Source of the DNA: a phage
Sequence record: PZ445446.1
DNA length: 64,000 nt
Direction: 5' to 3' (one strand)
The notes under the pieces were generated by a model. That model made no database searches. It worked only from the letters and a program-made list of their open reading frames with translations, and was not told the origin of the DNA. Numbering within the stretch: the first letter of the stretch is position 1; every line of letters starts with the position of its first letter. Below, one piece after another: positions 9,272 to 17,981 of the stretch. Both the position numbers and the translations under genes were made by a program.

Positions 9272-9318
9272 TTATTTTTAGATGGCCTTGACTTCAGGGC
9301 CATCAATAAAGTAAACTA
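9272..9318 (+). repeat. repeated intergenic promoter-hairpin element, copy 1
   Basis: attatttttagatggccttgacttcagggccatcaataaagtaaact; a 7-bp inverted repeat (gatggcc/ggccatc) encloses a TTGACT -35-like hexamer. Confidence 0.6.
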
Positions 9319-9349
9319 ATCCCAGTTAAGCGAAAAAGGAGGCTTGAAG

Positions 9350-9469
9350 ATGAGCACTACACGCCAACACACAAAGGTAACGATTATCGTTTGCATCATT
9401 GGTTACATCCTGGCGCAAATGTTGATGGGTAGCGCCAATGATTTCGCAAAATTTTTCTTAGACTTTTAA
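9350..9469 (+). CDS. hypothetical small membrane peptide
   Basis: 39 aa ORF not in track; aaaggagg SD; hydrophobic core IIVCIIGYILAQMLM. Confidence 0.35.
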   Translation: MSTTRQHTKVTIIVCIIGYILAQMLMGSANDFAKFFLDF

Positions 9470-9497
9470 TTGACAAGCTAACTTAAATCAGTATAAT
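9470..9497 (+). promoter_or_regulatory. sigma70-like promoter
   Basis: TTGACA, 16 bp spacer, TATAAT upstream of ORF 9550. Confidence 0.55.
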
Positions 9498-9549
9498 ACT
9501 AAGCACATAAACGGGAAAACTTCCCAGAACACCAAAAGGAGAAAACATT

Positions 9550-9900
9550 ATGAATACTTCCATCACTATGACCGCCGAAGAAAAAGCCCTGCAGATCGCC
9601 GCTCTGAAAAAACAGATTGCAGAACTTGAAGACAAGATCGACAATTTTGAAATCGACGAAGACAAGTACGACGATAAATATGATGAATGGTTAGACGAGA
9701 TCTACGGCGAAATTATGATCGGAAACATTTCTTTTCTTCCGTCGCGTATCCTCAAGGAGCTAGATCCTATCGCTTACCGCTGCGGATTTAGCGACTACAT
9801 CGACAGCCTGGATATTGAGGACGATGAAGAATACCAGGAATTACAGACAGAGTTAGAAGAAGCAAAAGAAGAGCTTGCAGAACTGGAAGAAAACGAGTAA
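9550..9900 (+). CDS. hypothetical acidic coiled-coil protein
   Basis: 116 aa ORF with aaaggagaaaac SD; highly acidic and heptad-like. Confidence 0.5.
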   Translation: MNTSITMTAEEKALQIAALKKQIAELEDKIDNFEIDEDKYDDKYDEWLDEIYGEIMIGNISFLPSRILKELDPIAYRCGFSDYIDSLDIEDDEEYQELQTELEEAKEELAELEENE

Positions 9901-9950
9901 GATTATTTTTAGATGGCCTTGACTCCAGGGCCATCAATAAAGTAAACTTT
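9901..9950 (+). repeat. repeated intergenic promoter-hairpin element, copy 2
   Basis: Near-identical to copy 1 (gatggccttgactccagggccatcaataaagtaaac), directly after the stop at 9900. Confidence 0.6.
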
Positions 9951-9989
9951 ATACTGTTAACACTGAACTAATGCATAGGAGTTAAAACC

Positions 9990-10235
9990 ATGGCAGCACT
10001 AATCACCAAATATTATGCCCCTACCAACACCAAAAGCGCCCGTATCATGGTAAAAGGCTTCGGACGTAAAAAGGTGTACACCTGGGATTATGCCTTAGAC
10101 ACGGAAGACAACTACACCAACGCGATGACCGATTTTATTAATGATCTGAACACGCGGATCTTGACAAATTATAAAATTACCGATATTGCCTATATAGGGG
10201 AAGGCGGGATCTGTTTTGTCGGTATCGTCAAATAA
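9990..10235 (+). CDS. hypothetical protein
   Basis: 81 aa ORF with aggag SD downstream of repeat element copy 2. Confidence 0.45.
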   Translation: MAALITKYYAPTNTKSARIMVKGFGRKKVYTWDYALDTEDNYTNAMTDFINDLNTRILTNYKITDIAYIGEGGICFVGIVK

Positions 10236-10310
10236 GCTGTTTTTTCGGTGGTCCTGGTAGCAGGGCCATCTATAAAGATAGTTTATCAATACAATGAAAG
10301 GAGAAAGTAC

Positions 10311-10664
10311 ATGATCAGCGGGGCAAGTTTTATTATTGGCGCTATTGCTACGGCTTTAATTGTAAACAAGATCCAATCTAAAAACGAAAAAGATAGCAAC
10401 GCCCTTACAGAATACCCGTTTTGGGTATTCAACGACAATGAAGACTATATTATCAAGTACAAGAATGAGAAGGGCGACCAGGTAACACCGCGACCGATCC
10501 CGGCTTACAAGATGCAAGAAACACTATACCGCCTAAAGGCTGGAGGCGCAAAAATCGTAGACTTTTGGGGATACGATCACACAGATCAGGAAGTTATAAA
10601 GCGCCGTATCCGGGCTATTCAGGCCAATATTGAAGTTAGCAAGGGGGGAATATATGAAGATTAA
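10311..10664 (+). CDS. putative membrane-anchored protein
   Basis: Internal ATG at 10311 with aaaggagaaag SD; N-terminal hydrophobic segment; degenerate copy of the repeat element upstream at ~10236-10290. Confidence 0.45.
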   Translation: MISGASFIIGAIATALIVNKIQSKNEKDSNALTEYPFWVFNDNEDYIIKYKNEKGDQVTPRPIPAYKMQETLYRLKAGGAKIVDFWGYDHTDQEVIKRRIRAIQANIEVSKGGIYED

Positions 10665-10851
10665 TTTTGAGAAGATTGTAAAGCGATCTCATGCTTCCGA
10701 AGAGCTGCCGGAACGCCGCCAGCGCAACAATAAACTGAATAAGCCAAAAAGATTTGGGAAGATCTGGCGGAATCATTATGATCGCAAATTACCGGGCCTG
10801 CTTTTGGAACGTGAACGACAGGCGGAACGATACCGCCACAAAGGCAAATAA
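10654..10851 (+). CDS. hypothetical basic small protein
   Basis: ~66 aa from ATG at 10654 with aaggggggaa SD; Arg/Lys rich. Confidence 0.4.
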   Translation: MKINFEKIVKRSHASEELPERRQRNNKLNKPKRFGKIWRNHYDRKLPGLLLERERQAERYRHKGK

Positions 10852-10858
10852 CAACCAA

Positions 10859-10887
10859 CGCCCCGCCATTGTGCGGGGCTTTTTATT
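10859..10887 (+). terminator. rho-independent terminator
   Basis: Hairpin ccccgc-cattgt-gcgggg followed by ctttttatttc. Confidence 0.6.
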
Positions 10888-11092
10888 TCTATCCTACAAA
10901 TAGCGCCCCTGGTTGGCCCTGTAAGCGCCAAAAAGGCCCCACCTATGCAATCGCCCCCCTTTAACCTGAAAACATCGCTTAGGGCCGTTTTATGGCGTTA
11001 AAAATATCATTGACAGTGATTTTATTTAAAGCTTGACATCTTAAACAGGTTAGCTATACTAACCACATCAAAGAGAGAAAGGAGTAAACGCC

Positions 11093-11341
11093 ATGCGTAA
11101 ATTAAAAAATTTTGATAAAGTTGATGTTGTCCTGAATAATTTTTACTACTGCAACAACAAGGCCATTTGGTGGCGTGATAGTTCCACCGATAAAGTCAAG
11201 GCGCGCTTTCTCCAGGGGCACTGGCAAGGCCGCCCAGTGATTAAAATCATGGGGCAATTGGTAGCGTTTAAAAATTGCCGCCGTGTTGATGACGTTGAAG
11301 AGATCTTGAATATTTTACGCCACAATAATTTAAAAAAATAG
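11093..11341 (+). CDS. hypothetical protein
   Basis: 82 aa ORF; TTGACA/TATACT promoter-like at ~11026-11055 and aaaggag SD. Confidence 0.5.
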   Translation: MRKLKNFDKVDVVLNNFYYCNNKAIWWRDSSTDKVKARFLQGHWQGRPVIKIMGQLVAFKNCRRVDDVEEILNILRHNNLKK

Positions 11342-11343
11342 TG

Positions 11344-11371
11344 TTGACAAGTAAATCTCAATAAGTATACT
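11344..11371 (+). promoter_or_regulatory. sigma70-like promoter
   Basis: TTGACA, 16 bp spacer, TATACT; followed by 5'-UTR hairpin ggcgggaa-gttt-tcccgcc and SD. Confidence 0.55.
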
Positions 11372-11428
11372 TAAGCACACAGGCGGGAAGTTTTCCCGCC
11401 ACTAACAAAGAAAATAGGAGAAAATATC

Positions 11429-12052
11429 ATGACCACCGTTAACATTACCACAGGTTGCAATTTATCTTTCGACGTGCTGACCGATGAACAAAAAGAAAAA
11501 GCTATTGAAATGGTCCGCGAAAGAGAAGAACACAGCGGAGAGGATTTTTTCGCAGAAAGTGTAATTGAATATTATAAAGAACAAGTTTTTCCAGAGTACG
11601 GCCTTGAAGATACCGATGTACATTGGTCCGGCTTTTGGTGTCAAGGCGATGGCGCGTCAATTAGTGCTGAAAATGTAGACTTAGAGAAATTCTTGCGTAA
11701 AGTCAAGGCCCTGACCAAGTTCCGATCAATTCGTCACTTGTTCGGAACAATGCACGATGGCGAACTATCAGCCAGTGTTGAACGCGACAAGTACAGCCAT
11801 TACAGCCATGAAAACACTGTAAGCGGATATATTGATACTACCTGGCTAGATCTGACCGCAAAACAAGAAAATAAAGTAGAAGATCTGGAAGAGCTGATCA
11901 CCGAGACGGTACGGGAGCTATCCCGCAAGGTTTATGTAGACCTGGAGGAGGCCTATCTTGAACAGTTTACTACCGAAAACCTGATCGGCCTTATTGAAGC
12001 CAATGATTGGCGGTTTGATGTGGATGAATATGGAGAAATGAGTTTTTCATAA
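11429..12052 (+). CDS. hypothetical protein
   Basis: 207 aa ORF with ataggagaaaatatc SD; no recognisable motif. Confidence 0.5.
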   Translation: MTTVNITTGCNLSFDVLTDEQKEKAIEMVREREEHSGEDFFAESVIEYYKEQVFPEYGLEDTDVHWSGFWCQGDGASISAENVDLEKFLRKVKALTKFRSIRHLFGTMHDGELSASVERDKYSHYSHENTVSGYIDTTWLDLTAKQENKVEDLEELITETVRELSRKVYVDLEEAYLEQFTTENLIGLIEANDWRFDVDEYGEMSFS

Positions 12053-12143
12053 ATAAAGTGTTGCAATAATCTAAAAACCTGCTATATTAAAACTTAAGGG
12101 GGAGAGATGACTTGCCCCCACACAAAACAAAGAGGAAAACATC

Positions 12144-12524
12144 ATGAAAAACACTACTAAAGCTATTGACACCGTTATGTTTAACCTGGTTACATTCCGT
12201 GAAGATATGAAAGATCTTCCACGTGAAACAGTGTGCGACCATATCGAAAACTATCGCAAACTAATCAAAGAGTTGCCTTTAAAACGTGACCAGTACGCGG
12301 CTAACGCTATGCTTAACGCCATGATCAAGAAAATGATTCAGTGCGATTTGACTTTAGCTTATGATTATGCAGGTGGTCGTTTTGCAGTATACAATCAGCC
12401 CGTGCCTGGTATGAGCACCACAGAAGAATTGCACGCGTTAAATCTAAAACAAGACGTATGGGATAACATGCCCCGCGTGGTGGTGTGGGCAGAAAGCGGA
12501 AAGATTTACGGCGATAATTTTTAA
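12144..12524 (+). CDS. hypothetical protein
   Basis: 126 aa ORF with aagaggaaaacatc SD; TTGCAA/TATATT promoter-like and GC hairpin upstream. Confidence 0.5.
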   Translation: MKNTTKAIDTVMFNLVTFREDMKDLPRETVCDHIENYRKLIKELPLKRDQYAANAMLNAMIKKMIQCDLTLAYDYAGGRFAVYNQPVPGMSTTEELHALNLKQDVWDNMPRVVVWAESGKIYGDNF

Positions 12525-12588
12525 TCAGGTAACAGGCGGCATATTTGCCGCCTTATTGTTAAACAGAACTGCAAAAGAGGTACATAGA

Positions 12589-12960
12589 ATGGAATTTATT
12601 ATTTTGGCTGTAGTAGTTGCCTTGTTCAACGCCTGGATCGCTGGCAAGATGGGTAGATCCGCTTTTCTATGGTTTGTTATATCTATTTTCCTGGGAGTGG
12701 TTGCAACTATTGTATTGGTTATCCTTGCAATTGTTGACAAGGGGAATAATAGAAAGGGTAAAGTATTTTCAGACCTGTACGACGCTCAAACGTTTGTCAA
12801 CGCCTATTATAGTGATCTTCCAGTCTCCCTACGCTGCAGCCTGGCACAACAGGTTTTTGATGAGGCTAAAACCAGAGACCAAGCCCATGAGATATGTTTA
12901 ACTGAGGCGGATCGCCTATTTGAGAGGAATAGAAAATATGTGGACCAGCCGTTTAAATAA
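12589..12960 (+). CDS. putative membrane protein
   Basis: Internal ATG at 12589 with aaaagagg SD; two predicted TM segments. Confidence 0.45.
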   Translation: MEFIILAVVVALFNAWIAGKMGRSAFLWFVISIFLGVVATIVLVILAIVDKGNNRKGKVFSDLYDAQTFVNAYYSDLPVSLRCSLAQQVFDEAKTRDQAHEICLTEADRLFERNRKYVDQPFK

Positions 12961-13179
12961 TGCCACGTTAATTAACCCCTTTAGTGAAGATTTGAAGCCA
13001 GCCGCCTGGCGGGATGGATTCAATAACGAAAGCTTTATTTTCAGGCCTGATCTTAAGGAATTTTATAACAATGGATCGAACAACGACAGAGATAATTTTT
13101 CTTGTAATGTGCGTGGTGATAATACTCCTGGGGGCCATTGCAAACCACGTCACTGCTAACAGGAGGAAAGGGGGAGACG

Positions 13180-13299
13180 ATGACACCCAAGGATAAGCCC
13201 CGCACCGATAAGGCGCGCCGTGTTATGGTATGGCTTGAGATCATCGCCCTTGAAATATTGTTAGGCGTAGGGATGTATTTTATCGCTGTAAGTAACTGA
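13180..13299 (+). CDS. hypothetical small membrane peptide
   Basis: 39 aa ORF not in track; strong SD aggaggaaaggggga; hydrophobic C-terminal half; terminator follows. Confidence 0.3.
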   Translation: MTPKDKPRTDKARRVMVWLEIIALEILLGVGMYFIAVSN

Positions 13300-13303
13300 T
13301 AAC

Positions 13304-13340
13304 GGCCCCGATCCCTGGGGCCTAACTTTTCAAATTTTTT
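13304..13340 (+). terminator. rho-independent terminator candidate
   Basis: Hairpin ggcccc-gatccct-ggggcc followed by T-rich tract. Confidence 0.5.
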
Positions 13341-13438
13341 CTCCCTGAGTGTTGCAATCCGATCCAGAATATGGATAATAACAATCAACGGGGAGACACT
13401 CCCCACCGCATAGACAAAGTTCCAAAAGGAGAAACAAA

Positions 13439-13639
13439 ATGAGCAACAATATCCGCGTTATTAACTTCAAAAAAGAAGAAAAAATTGCCGTGCTGATTGA
13501 CGGTCAAGAAATCTTTAAAGGTGATTATGAAGATCATCAAACGGCGATTAGTATCACTCGCGTGATTGGTTACCATAATTTTTACCCTCAAGGCGCTGAG
13601 GCAGCAGTAAAACGAATTAAAGAGATTGTAGGCCTGTAA
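13439..13639 (+). CDS. hypothetical small protein
   Basis: 66 aa ORF; TTGCAA/TAATAA promoter-like and aaaaggagaaac SD. Confidence 0.45.
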   Translation: MSNNIRVINFKKEEKIAVLIDGQEIFKGDYEDHQTAISITRVIGYHNFYPQGAEAAVKRIKEIVGL

Positions 13640-13640
13640 A

Positions 13641-13690
13641 ATTTATTTTTAGATGGCCTTGACTCCAGGGCCATCAATAAAGTAAATTTA
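13641..13690 (+). repeat. repeated intergenic promoter-hairpin element, copy 3
   Basis: atttatttttagatggccttgactccagggccatcaataaagtaaat, directly after the stop at 13639. Confidence 0.6.
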
Positions 13691-13730
13691 AACCCTGTTA
13701 AAATAATCAGTGCAAAAAGGAGTAATGATC

Positions 13731-14030
13731 ATGTTTATCCAGGCTAATAATCTTTATTTCTTTGATGGTCAGATCGTAGACGGCGTGGAGGTGGAAATCA
13801 CCGGGTGCCCTGGCGGTCAGGTTATGACTTTTCGGAATAATGCCTTTGATGATTCTCATATCGTTATGAGAATGGAAGTTAGTAAGCTGGATGACAAGAA
13901 AACACTTATCGACTATTCCGTCAAAGATCATCCAGACTACCACATGATCTATGGTGATTTGTGCATTGTTGACCGTGACAAGGTGGGCGGCATTGTGATC
14001 GCTATTGTGAACGATGTTTTCTCAAACTAA
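13731..14030 (+). CDS. hypothetical protein
   Basis: ATG at 13731 with aaaaaggagtaatgatc SD (track start 13710). Confidence 0.45.
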   Translation: MFIQANNLYFFDGQIVDGVEVEITGCPGGQVMTFRNNAFDDSHIVMRMEVSKLDDKKTLIDYSVKDHPDYHMIYGDLCIVDRDKVGGIVIAIVNDVFSN

Positions 14031-14047
14031 TTTCAGCAGGTGATTTT

Positions 14048-14398
14048 ATGAAAGTAAAACTATATTACCTTAATGAGCTTAACCCCCTTGCCCAGGTCCG
14101 CGCCCTGGCTAATACCTTGATTTGTGAGAAATCTGTATATTGTGTTGAGCTTAACGCCATGCGTGAACGTCTCAAAGGTGGTTACTTTGACATCCATGCT
14201 GCAATCAACGGCCTGAATATGGAATTTATCCGCTTACGTAACAGCCGCCAGAATCTGGCAAGAATGGAACAAGATCCGGCCCACCTTCGTAAGCTGGTTA
14301 TTGAAAATCATCTGATGTTTAATGCCGATGGTGATTATTACCATTTTCACCGCAAACGCTGGTACCGTGGCGGCAATACAGGCAAGAATGCAAAATAA
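14048..14398 (+). CDS. hypothetical protein
   Basis: 116 aa ORF; weak SD; hairpin plus T-tract after stop. Confidence 0.45.
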   Translation: MKVKLYYLNELNPLAQVRALANTLICEKSVYCVELNAMRERLKGGYFDIHAAINGLNMEFIRLRNSRQNLARMEQDPAHLRKLVIENHLMFNADGDYYHFHRKRWYRGGNTGKNAK

Positions 14399-14599
14399 GG
14401 CCCCAGGCAGGGCCTGCAGCGATATAATCACATAAAGGCTATGCGGTTGCATGGCCTTTATTATTTTAGCGTTACAGCGGCCCCAAGGCGCTTAAAAAAT
14501 TTTTAAAGAAGTACTTGCATCAAGTCCTACAATATGGATAATAGGACGTGTCAGGGGGGCGGCCCCCAATCATTAACCGGATAGATAGGAGTTAAAATC

Positions 14600-14884
14600 A
14601 TGGCTATTGTCACCGTTGGCGATGTAGTGGAAATGGAAGCAAAATACTTAAAAGCGGGTATGCATATCCTACGGAATGATCAAGAATTGTTATTAACGAT
14701 GGTAGACTATAATCCCGGCCAGGATTATCCAAGCATCGACTACTTTTTTGAGTATGTTGATGAAGAATTGAAAGAGGATGAGGCTTATCAGGGTGAATTC
14801 TGCAATTTCTTTTGCCCTGATGAGGTTGTAAAAGTTATCTATCAACCTGGAGTACCTTTCCCGCTGCACGCTATCAATAAATAA
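14600..14884 (+). CDS. hypothetical protein
   Basis: 94 aa ORF; TTGCAT/TAATAG promoter-like, GC hairpin ggggggcggccccc, ataggag SD. Confidence 0.45.
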   Translation: MAIVTVGDVVEMEAKYLKAGMHILRNDQELLLTMVDYNPGQDYPSIDYFFEYVDEELKEDEAYQGEFCNFFCPDEVVKVIYQPGVPFPLHAINK

Positions 14885-14938
14885 ACCTGGTGGGGCCGAA
14901 AAGGCCCCAATTATGAAAATAAAGAGAGGTAAATCATC

Positions 14939-15172
14939 ATGATGGAACAAATTAAACGCGCTGAGTCTATTAATGGCAATGTGATCTATTTTGTCAGCAA
15001 AAACGAAAAAGGCGTACCATATGCGGCGGTAATAGTACAACCTGACGGCGATTATTGGTTTACTGTGTACGGCGCTTATTCTTTTGGGCGTCCGGTGCAT
15101 GATAGAATTTTGAAAGTAGCGAACCCTACCGGGAAAAATATTACAGCAGAAAAATTTTTTGAAAATAGTTGA
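14939..15172 (+). CDS. hypothetical protein
   Basis: 77 aa ORF; 5' hairpin ggggcc-gaaa-aggcccc then aagagaggtaaatc SD. Confidence 0.45.
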   Translation: MMEQIKRAESINGNVIYFVSKNEKGVPYAAVIVQPDGDYWFTVYGAYSFGRPVHDRILKVANPTGKNITAEKFFENS

Positions 15173-15249
15173 CATGACCATATAAGACTGTAGAATATAA
15201 ATCAAAGGGGGCAACAAGCCCCACCAACCACAAAGAGGATAAAAAATCA

Positions 15250-15426
15250 TGGCTATTATTGCAAAGACTGAGATCGTAGGCTTAGATTCTATTCTCCTCG
15301 CATATGAGGAAGCTATAGAAATGTATGTGGTTTCCTATGGTGAATATATCCGTGAATATAAATCTATTGATCTGGCTTTTGAATGTTATATTCGCCAGGT
15401 TAATAAAGCGTACGATGATTATCGTT
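15250..15426 (+). CDS. hypothetical small protein
   Basis: 58 aa ORF not in track; TTGACA/TAGAAT promoter, hairpin ggggc-aacaa-gcccc, aaagaggataaaaaatc SD. Confidence 0.4.
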
Positions 15427-15518
15427 AAAATAGCTTGACAACAAACAACCATCTAACAAAGCATAATACATAAGGCGGTGGAATGGTCCGCCACCTGGAA
15501 CAAGAAGAGGAAAACAAG

Positions 15519-15623
15519 ATGAAACAGAAATTAATTGATGCGGTGATCCTGGTTATTGCCCTGGGTATTGGCCTGATTGCAACCATGTCTAATATGATCT
15601 TGTCTTCCAACGGTATCGGGTGA
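15519..15623 (+). CDS. hypothetical small membrane peptide
   Basis: 34 aa ORF not in track; TTGACA/TAATAC promoter, hairpin, aagaagaggaaaac SD; single hydrophobic helix. Confidence 0.3.
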   Translation: MKQKLIDAVILVIALGIGLIATMSNMILSSNGIG

Positions 15624-15632
15624 GGTTGGCAA

Positions 15633-15848
15633 ATGATCACTAACAAAACAGGCAAAACAGAATTTTTACGCAACTTACAGATCGGCAAGCCTGAGATCTG
15701 GTATTGCACTAAAACACCACGTGACGAAATGAAAGACTTCACCGCCACGCTGCAACGGGTAAAGATATCCATCACGCAGAAAAAGGCCTTATTAGTGGTG
15801 GAAGGTGAGATCCCCCAAACCGTTGTTATAGTTGGGCGTACAGCATAG
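15633..15848 (+). CDS. hypothetical protein
   Basis: 71 aa ORF directly downstream of micro-ORF; weak SD. Confidence 0.35.
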   Translation: MITNKTGKTEFLRNLQIGKPEIWYCTKTPRDEMKDFTATLQRVKISITQKKALLVVEGEIPQTVVIVGRTA

Positions 15849-15939
15849 TTTAATTTATACCGATACCCGAAAATTAACCAACAAAGCATAAACAGGCGGT
15901 TACCGCCGCCTTAAACGTAGCAGAAAGAGGATAGACACA

Positions 15940-16224
15940 ATGAAAAAGATGATCGCAGTGGTTGCCCTGGTTGTTGGACTTAATGCGCCTGTAATGGCTA
16001 AAGAGCTGGCAAAAGAGGTTAATCTAACGGATATTCATGCCGTCAATCAAATAGGGGTTACTTATCGCTTATGCCTTGCCGCTAAAACTTTTAAGGACGG
16101 CACGACAGAGTACTACGGATTCGAGGGTATCCGGTGCGGTGAGCTTGCTCGCGACCTTAAGGAAGATCCAGACCTGGAAGATCTGCCCATAACCGTGAAC
16201 GGGAAAACTTACGTAAACCGTTAA
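15940..16224 (+). CDS. putative secreted protein
   Basis: 94 aa; N-terminal signal-peptide-like MKKMIAVVALVVGLNAPVMA; hairpin and gaaagagg SD upstream. Confidence 0.45.
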   Translation: MKKMIAVVALVVGLNAPVMAKELAKEVNLTDIHAVNQIGVTYRLCLAAKTFKDGTTEYYGFEGIRCGELARDLKEDPDLEDLPITVNGKTYVNR

Positions 16225-16373
16225 CCATGAGAAAGATAATTATCACCTTGGGGATTGTGGCGGGATCGCTGGCGCTCTTTCCCCTTATGGTTAGATATGT
16301 GCTGATCAGTATTGTCCTGATAGTCAGTGATCTATTGGAAACGGTTGGCACCTTGTTTTAAAGAGCGGTAAAA

Positions 16374-16565
16374 ATGAATATCGAACAAGTTAGAAAGGTA
16401 TTAGCAGTACTGCGTTATCATAATCATAGAAAGGTTATAGACGATCCTGATTATGTTGATTCAAGTCTGGAAGGGGATACACTGCAAGCCATAAGCAACA
16501 TGCAAGAATTGCTAAAGCGCATGACAGAGAAAAACCGACCGGACTACATAGGCGAAAAAATATAA
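16374..16565 (+). CDS. hypothetical small protein
   Basis: 63 aa ORF; hairpin plus T-run terminator follows. Confidence 0.4.
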   Translation: MNIEQVRKVLAVLRYHNHRKVIDDPDYVDSSLEGDTLQAISNMQELLKRMTEKNRPDYIGEKI

Positions 16566-16582
16566 TCCTTATAAACTACAAA

Positions 16583-16610
16583 ACAGGGCTTGCAATGGTC
16601 CTGTTTTTTG
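16583..16610 (+). terminator. rho-independent terminator
   Basis: Hairpin acaggg-cttgcaatggt-cctgt followed by tttttg. Confidence 0.5.
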
Positions 16611-16777
16611 TTATACTTGTTTCACGGCAGGCACCTGGCGACGGGGGGAGACAATCACCGGGTGTGCCTGCTATATAAAAATTATAAAAACCGTTGACAT
16701 CTGCCAGGTGGTGGGGTAGCATTTATCTCGAAGGGGGCAAAAGCGCCCACACAACAACCGGAAGAGAGGAAAACGCC

Positions 16778-17050
16778 ATGTTAAGCTGGATTAACCAAGA
16801 AGTTGAATCACGTTTTAATGCTATTTGGGATCTCATCGAAAAAGAGGACGGAACATCAAGCCCTTATCTCAATAATCTTGAATTCCATTTCGTGGAAGCG
16901 ATGAACGCAGAACATGATCACGAAGGTGGTGCGGATGAATTCGCTAAAGGATATGGCTTCAACAATGCCAACGAAATGATCGAGGCGGTTGTACTCCAGG
17001 CTGAGGAAGATTATCAATTAAAAACGCTTGAATTCTGCCGCCGTAAGTAA
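16778..17050 (+). CDS. hypothetical protein
   Basis: Internal ATG at 16778 with gaagagaggaaaacgcc SD; TTGACA promoter-like and hairpin upstream. Confidence 0.45.
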   Translation: MLSWINQEVESRFNAIWDLIEKEDGTSSPYLNNLEFHFVEAMNAEHDHEGGADEFAKGYGFNNANEMIEAVVLQAEEDYQLKTLEFCRRK

Positions 17051-17110
17051 TAAGATAATGACACGGGCCAAAAGGCCCACTAATCAGAACCGCACAAAGA
17101 GGTAAACATC

Positions 17111-17374
17111 ATGAAACGTCTTGATCAGCTCAAATTAGTTCAATATATGGCTTATCGTGTTCTTGAAGTCCAGAAAGGTAGCAAAAAAGAGGTTTGCGAG
17201 AAAGCTTATAAGATCTTCACTCGCAAAAAAGATGACTGGATGCTGCGCCAGACTAAAAAGGCTGACATCTTGGGGTACCTGGAAGAAGAGATCCGCCTTG
17301 AAGAGCAAGAAGAGATCCGCCGTAGTGAGGCAGATTATCAGGCAGCTTGGGAAAACTGGATGAGCAACAAATAA
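17111..17374 (+). CDS. hypothetical protein
   Basis: 87 aa ORF; hairpin gggcc-aaaa-ggccc then aaagaggtaaacatc SD. Confidence 0.5.
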   Translation: MKRLDQLKLVQYMAYRVLEVQKGSKKEVCEKAYKIFTRKKDDWMLRQTKKADILGYLEEEIRLEEQEEIRRSEADYQAAWENWMSNK

Positions 17375-17440
17375 TACAACAAGTTACATGGTCAGGGGCA
17401 ATAAAGCCCCTTGATCACATAAAAATTATGCTATCCCTGG

Positions 17441-17469
17441 TTGACAGGGATCGGCAGTTTTGCTATATT
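17441..17469 (+). promoter_or_regulatory. sigma70-like promoter
   Basis: TTGACA, 17 bp spacer, TATATT upstream of ORF 17519. Confidence 0.55.
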
Positions 17470-17518
17470 CTTTTTTGAAGGGAAGTTGTAAGAAAATTAA
17501 CTAAGAGGTAAAAACACC

Positions 17519-17938
17519 ATGAACATTAAATCTAATAATCCGGCATATAGCTTTGATAACGCTTTTTGTCACGGTCCGGCGGCGAAAGGATTCGAAATCG
17601 ATGGTAAACTAATTATTGTCAATGTTGACGGGGAAGAGGTTGCAGTATATCCGGTGGCAGACGTAAAAAGCCGTTTACAATGCCGCATGGATGTTACCGC
17701 CTATCAGCTTGATCCGGTCCGCATAGTTGCCCTGGTCCTGGAAGAAGAAATTAAAGCCATGCACCATAGCAACAGATTTATTGGTGACGCGCAGGATAAT
17801 ATGAAAGTATGCCGCCATAAAGTTAATGAAGTGCTTAAAGAGTACGGCTATAAAGATCTTATGATCAAACGTGAGGAAAAATTCCGCTACCGTAACGACC
17901 TGGCAAATCGGATTTTTGAAATATACGAATCATTATAA
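17519..17938 (+). CDS. hypothetical protein
   Basis: 139 aa ORF with taagaggtaaaaacacc SD; last gene of the rightward block. Confidence 0.5.
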   Translation: MNIKSNNPAYSFDNAFCHGPAAKGFEIDGKLIIVNVDGEEVAVYPVADVKSRLQCRMDVTAYQLDPVRIVALVLEEEIKAMHHSNRFIGDAQDNMKVCRHKVNEVLKEYGYKDLMIKREEKFRYRNDLANRIFEIYESL

Positions 17939-17956
17939 TTTTTTAACTGAATTATC

Positions 17957-17981
17957 AAGGGGCTTAGGCCCCTTTCTTTTT
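17957..17981 (+). terminator. rho-independent terminator
   Basis: Hairpin aggggc-ttag-gcccct followed by ttcttttt. Confidence 0.6.

Noticed and set aside
9272-9318. Repeated hairpin element as a rho-independent terminator
   Set aside because: No U-tract follows the hairpin on either strand; a -35 hexamer lies in the loop and a -10-like hexamer downstream, so a promoter or regulatory role is more consistent.
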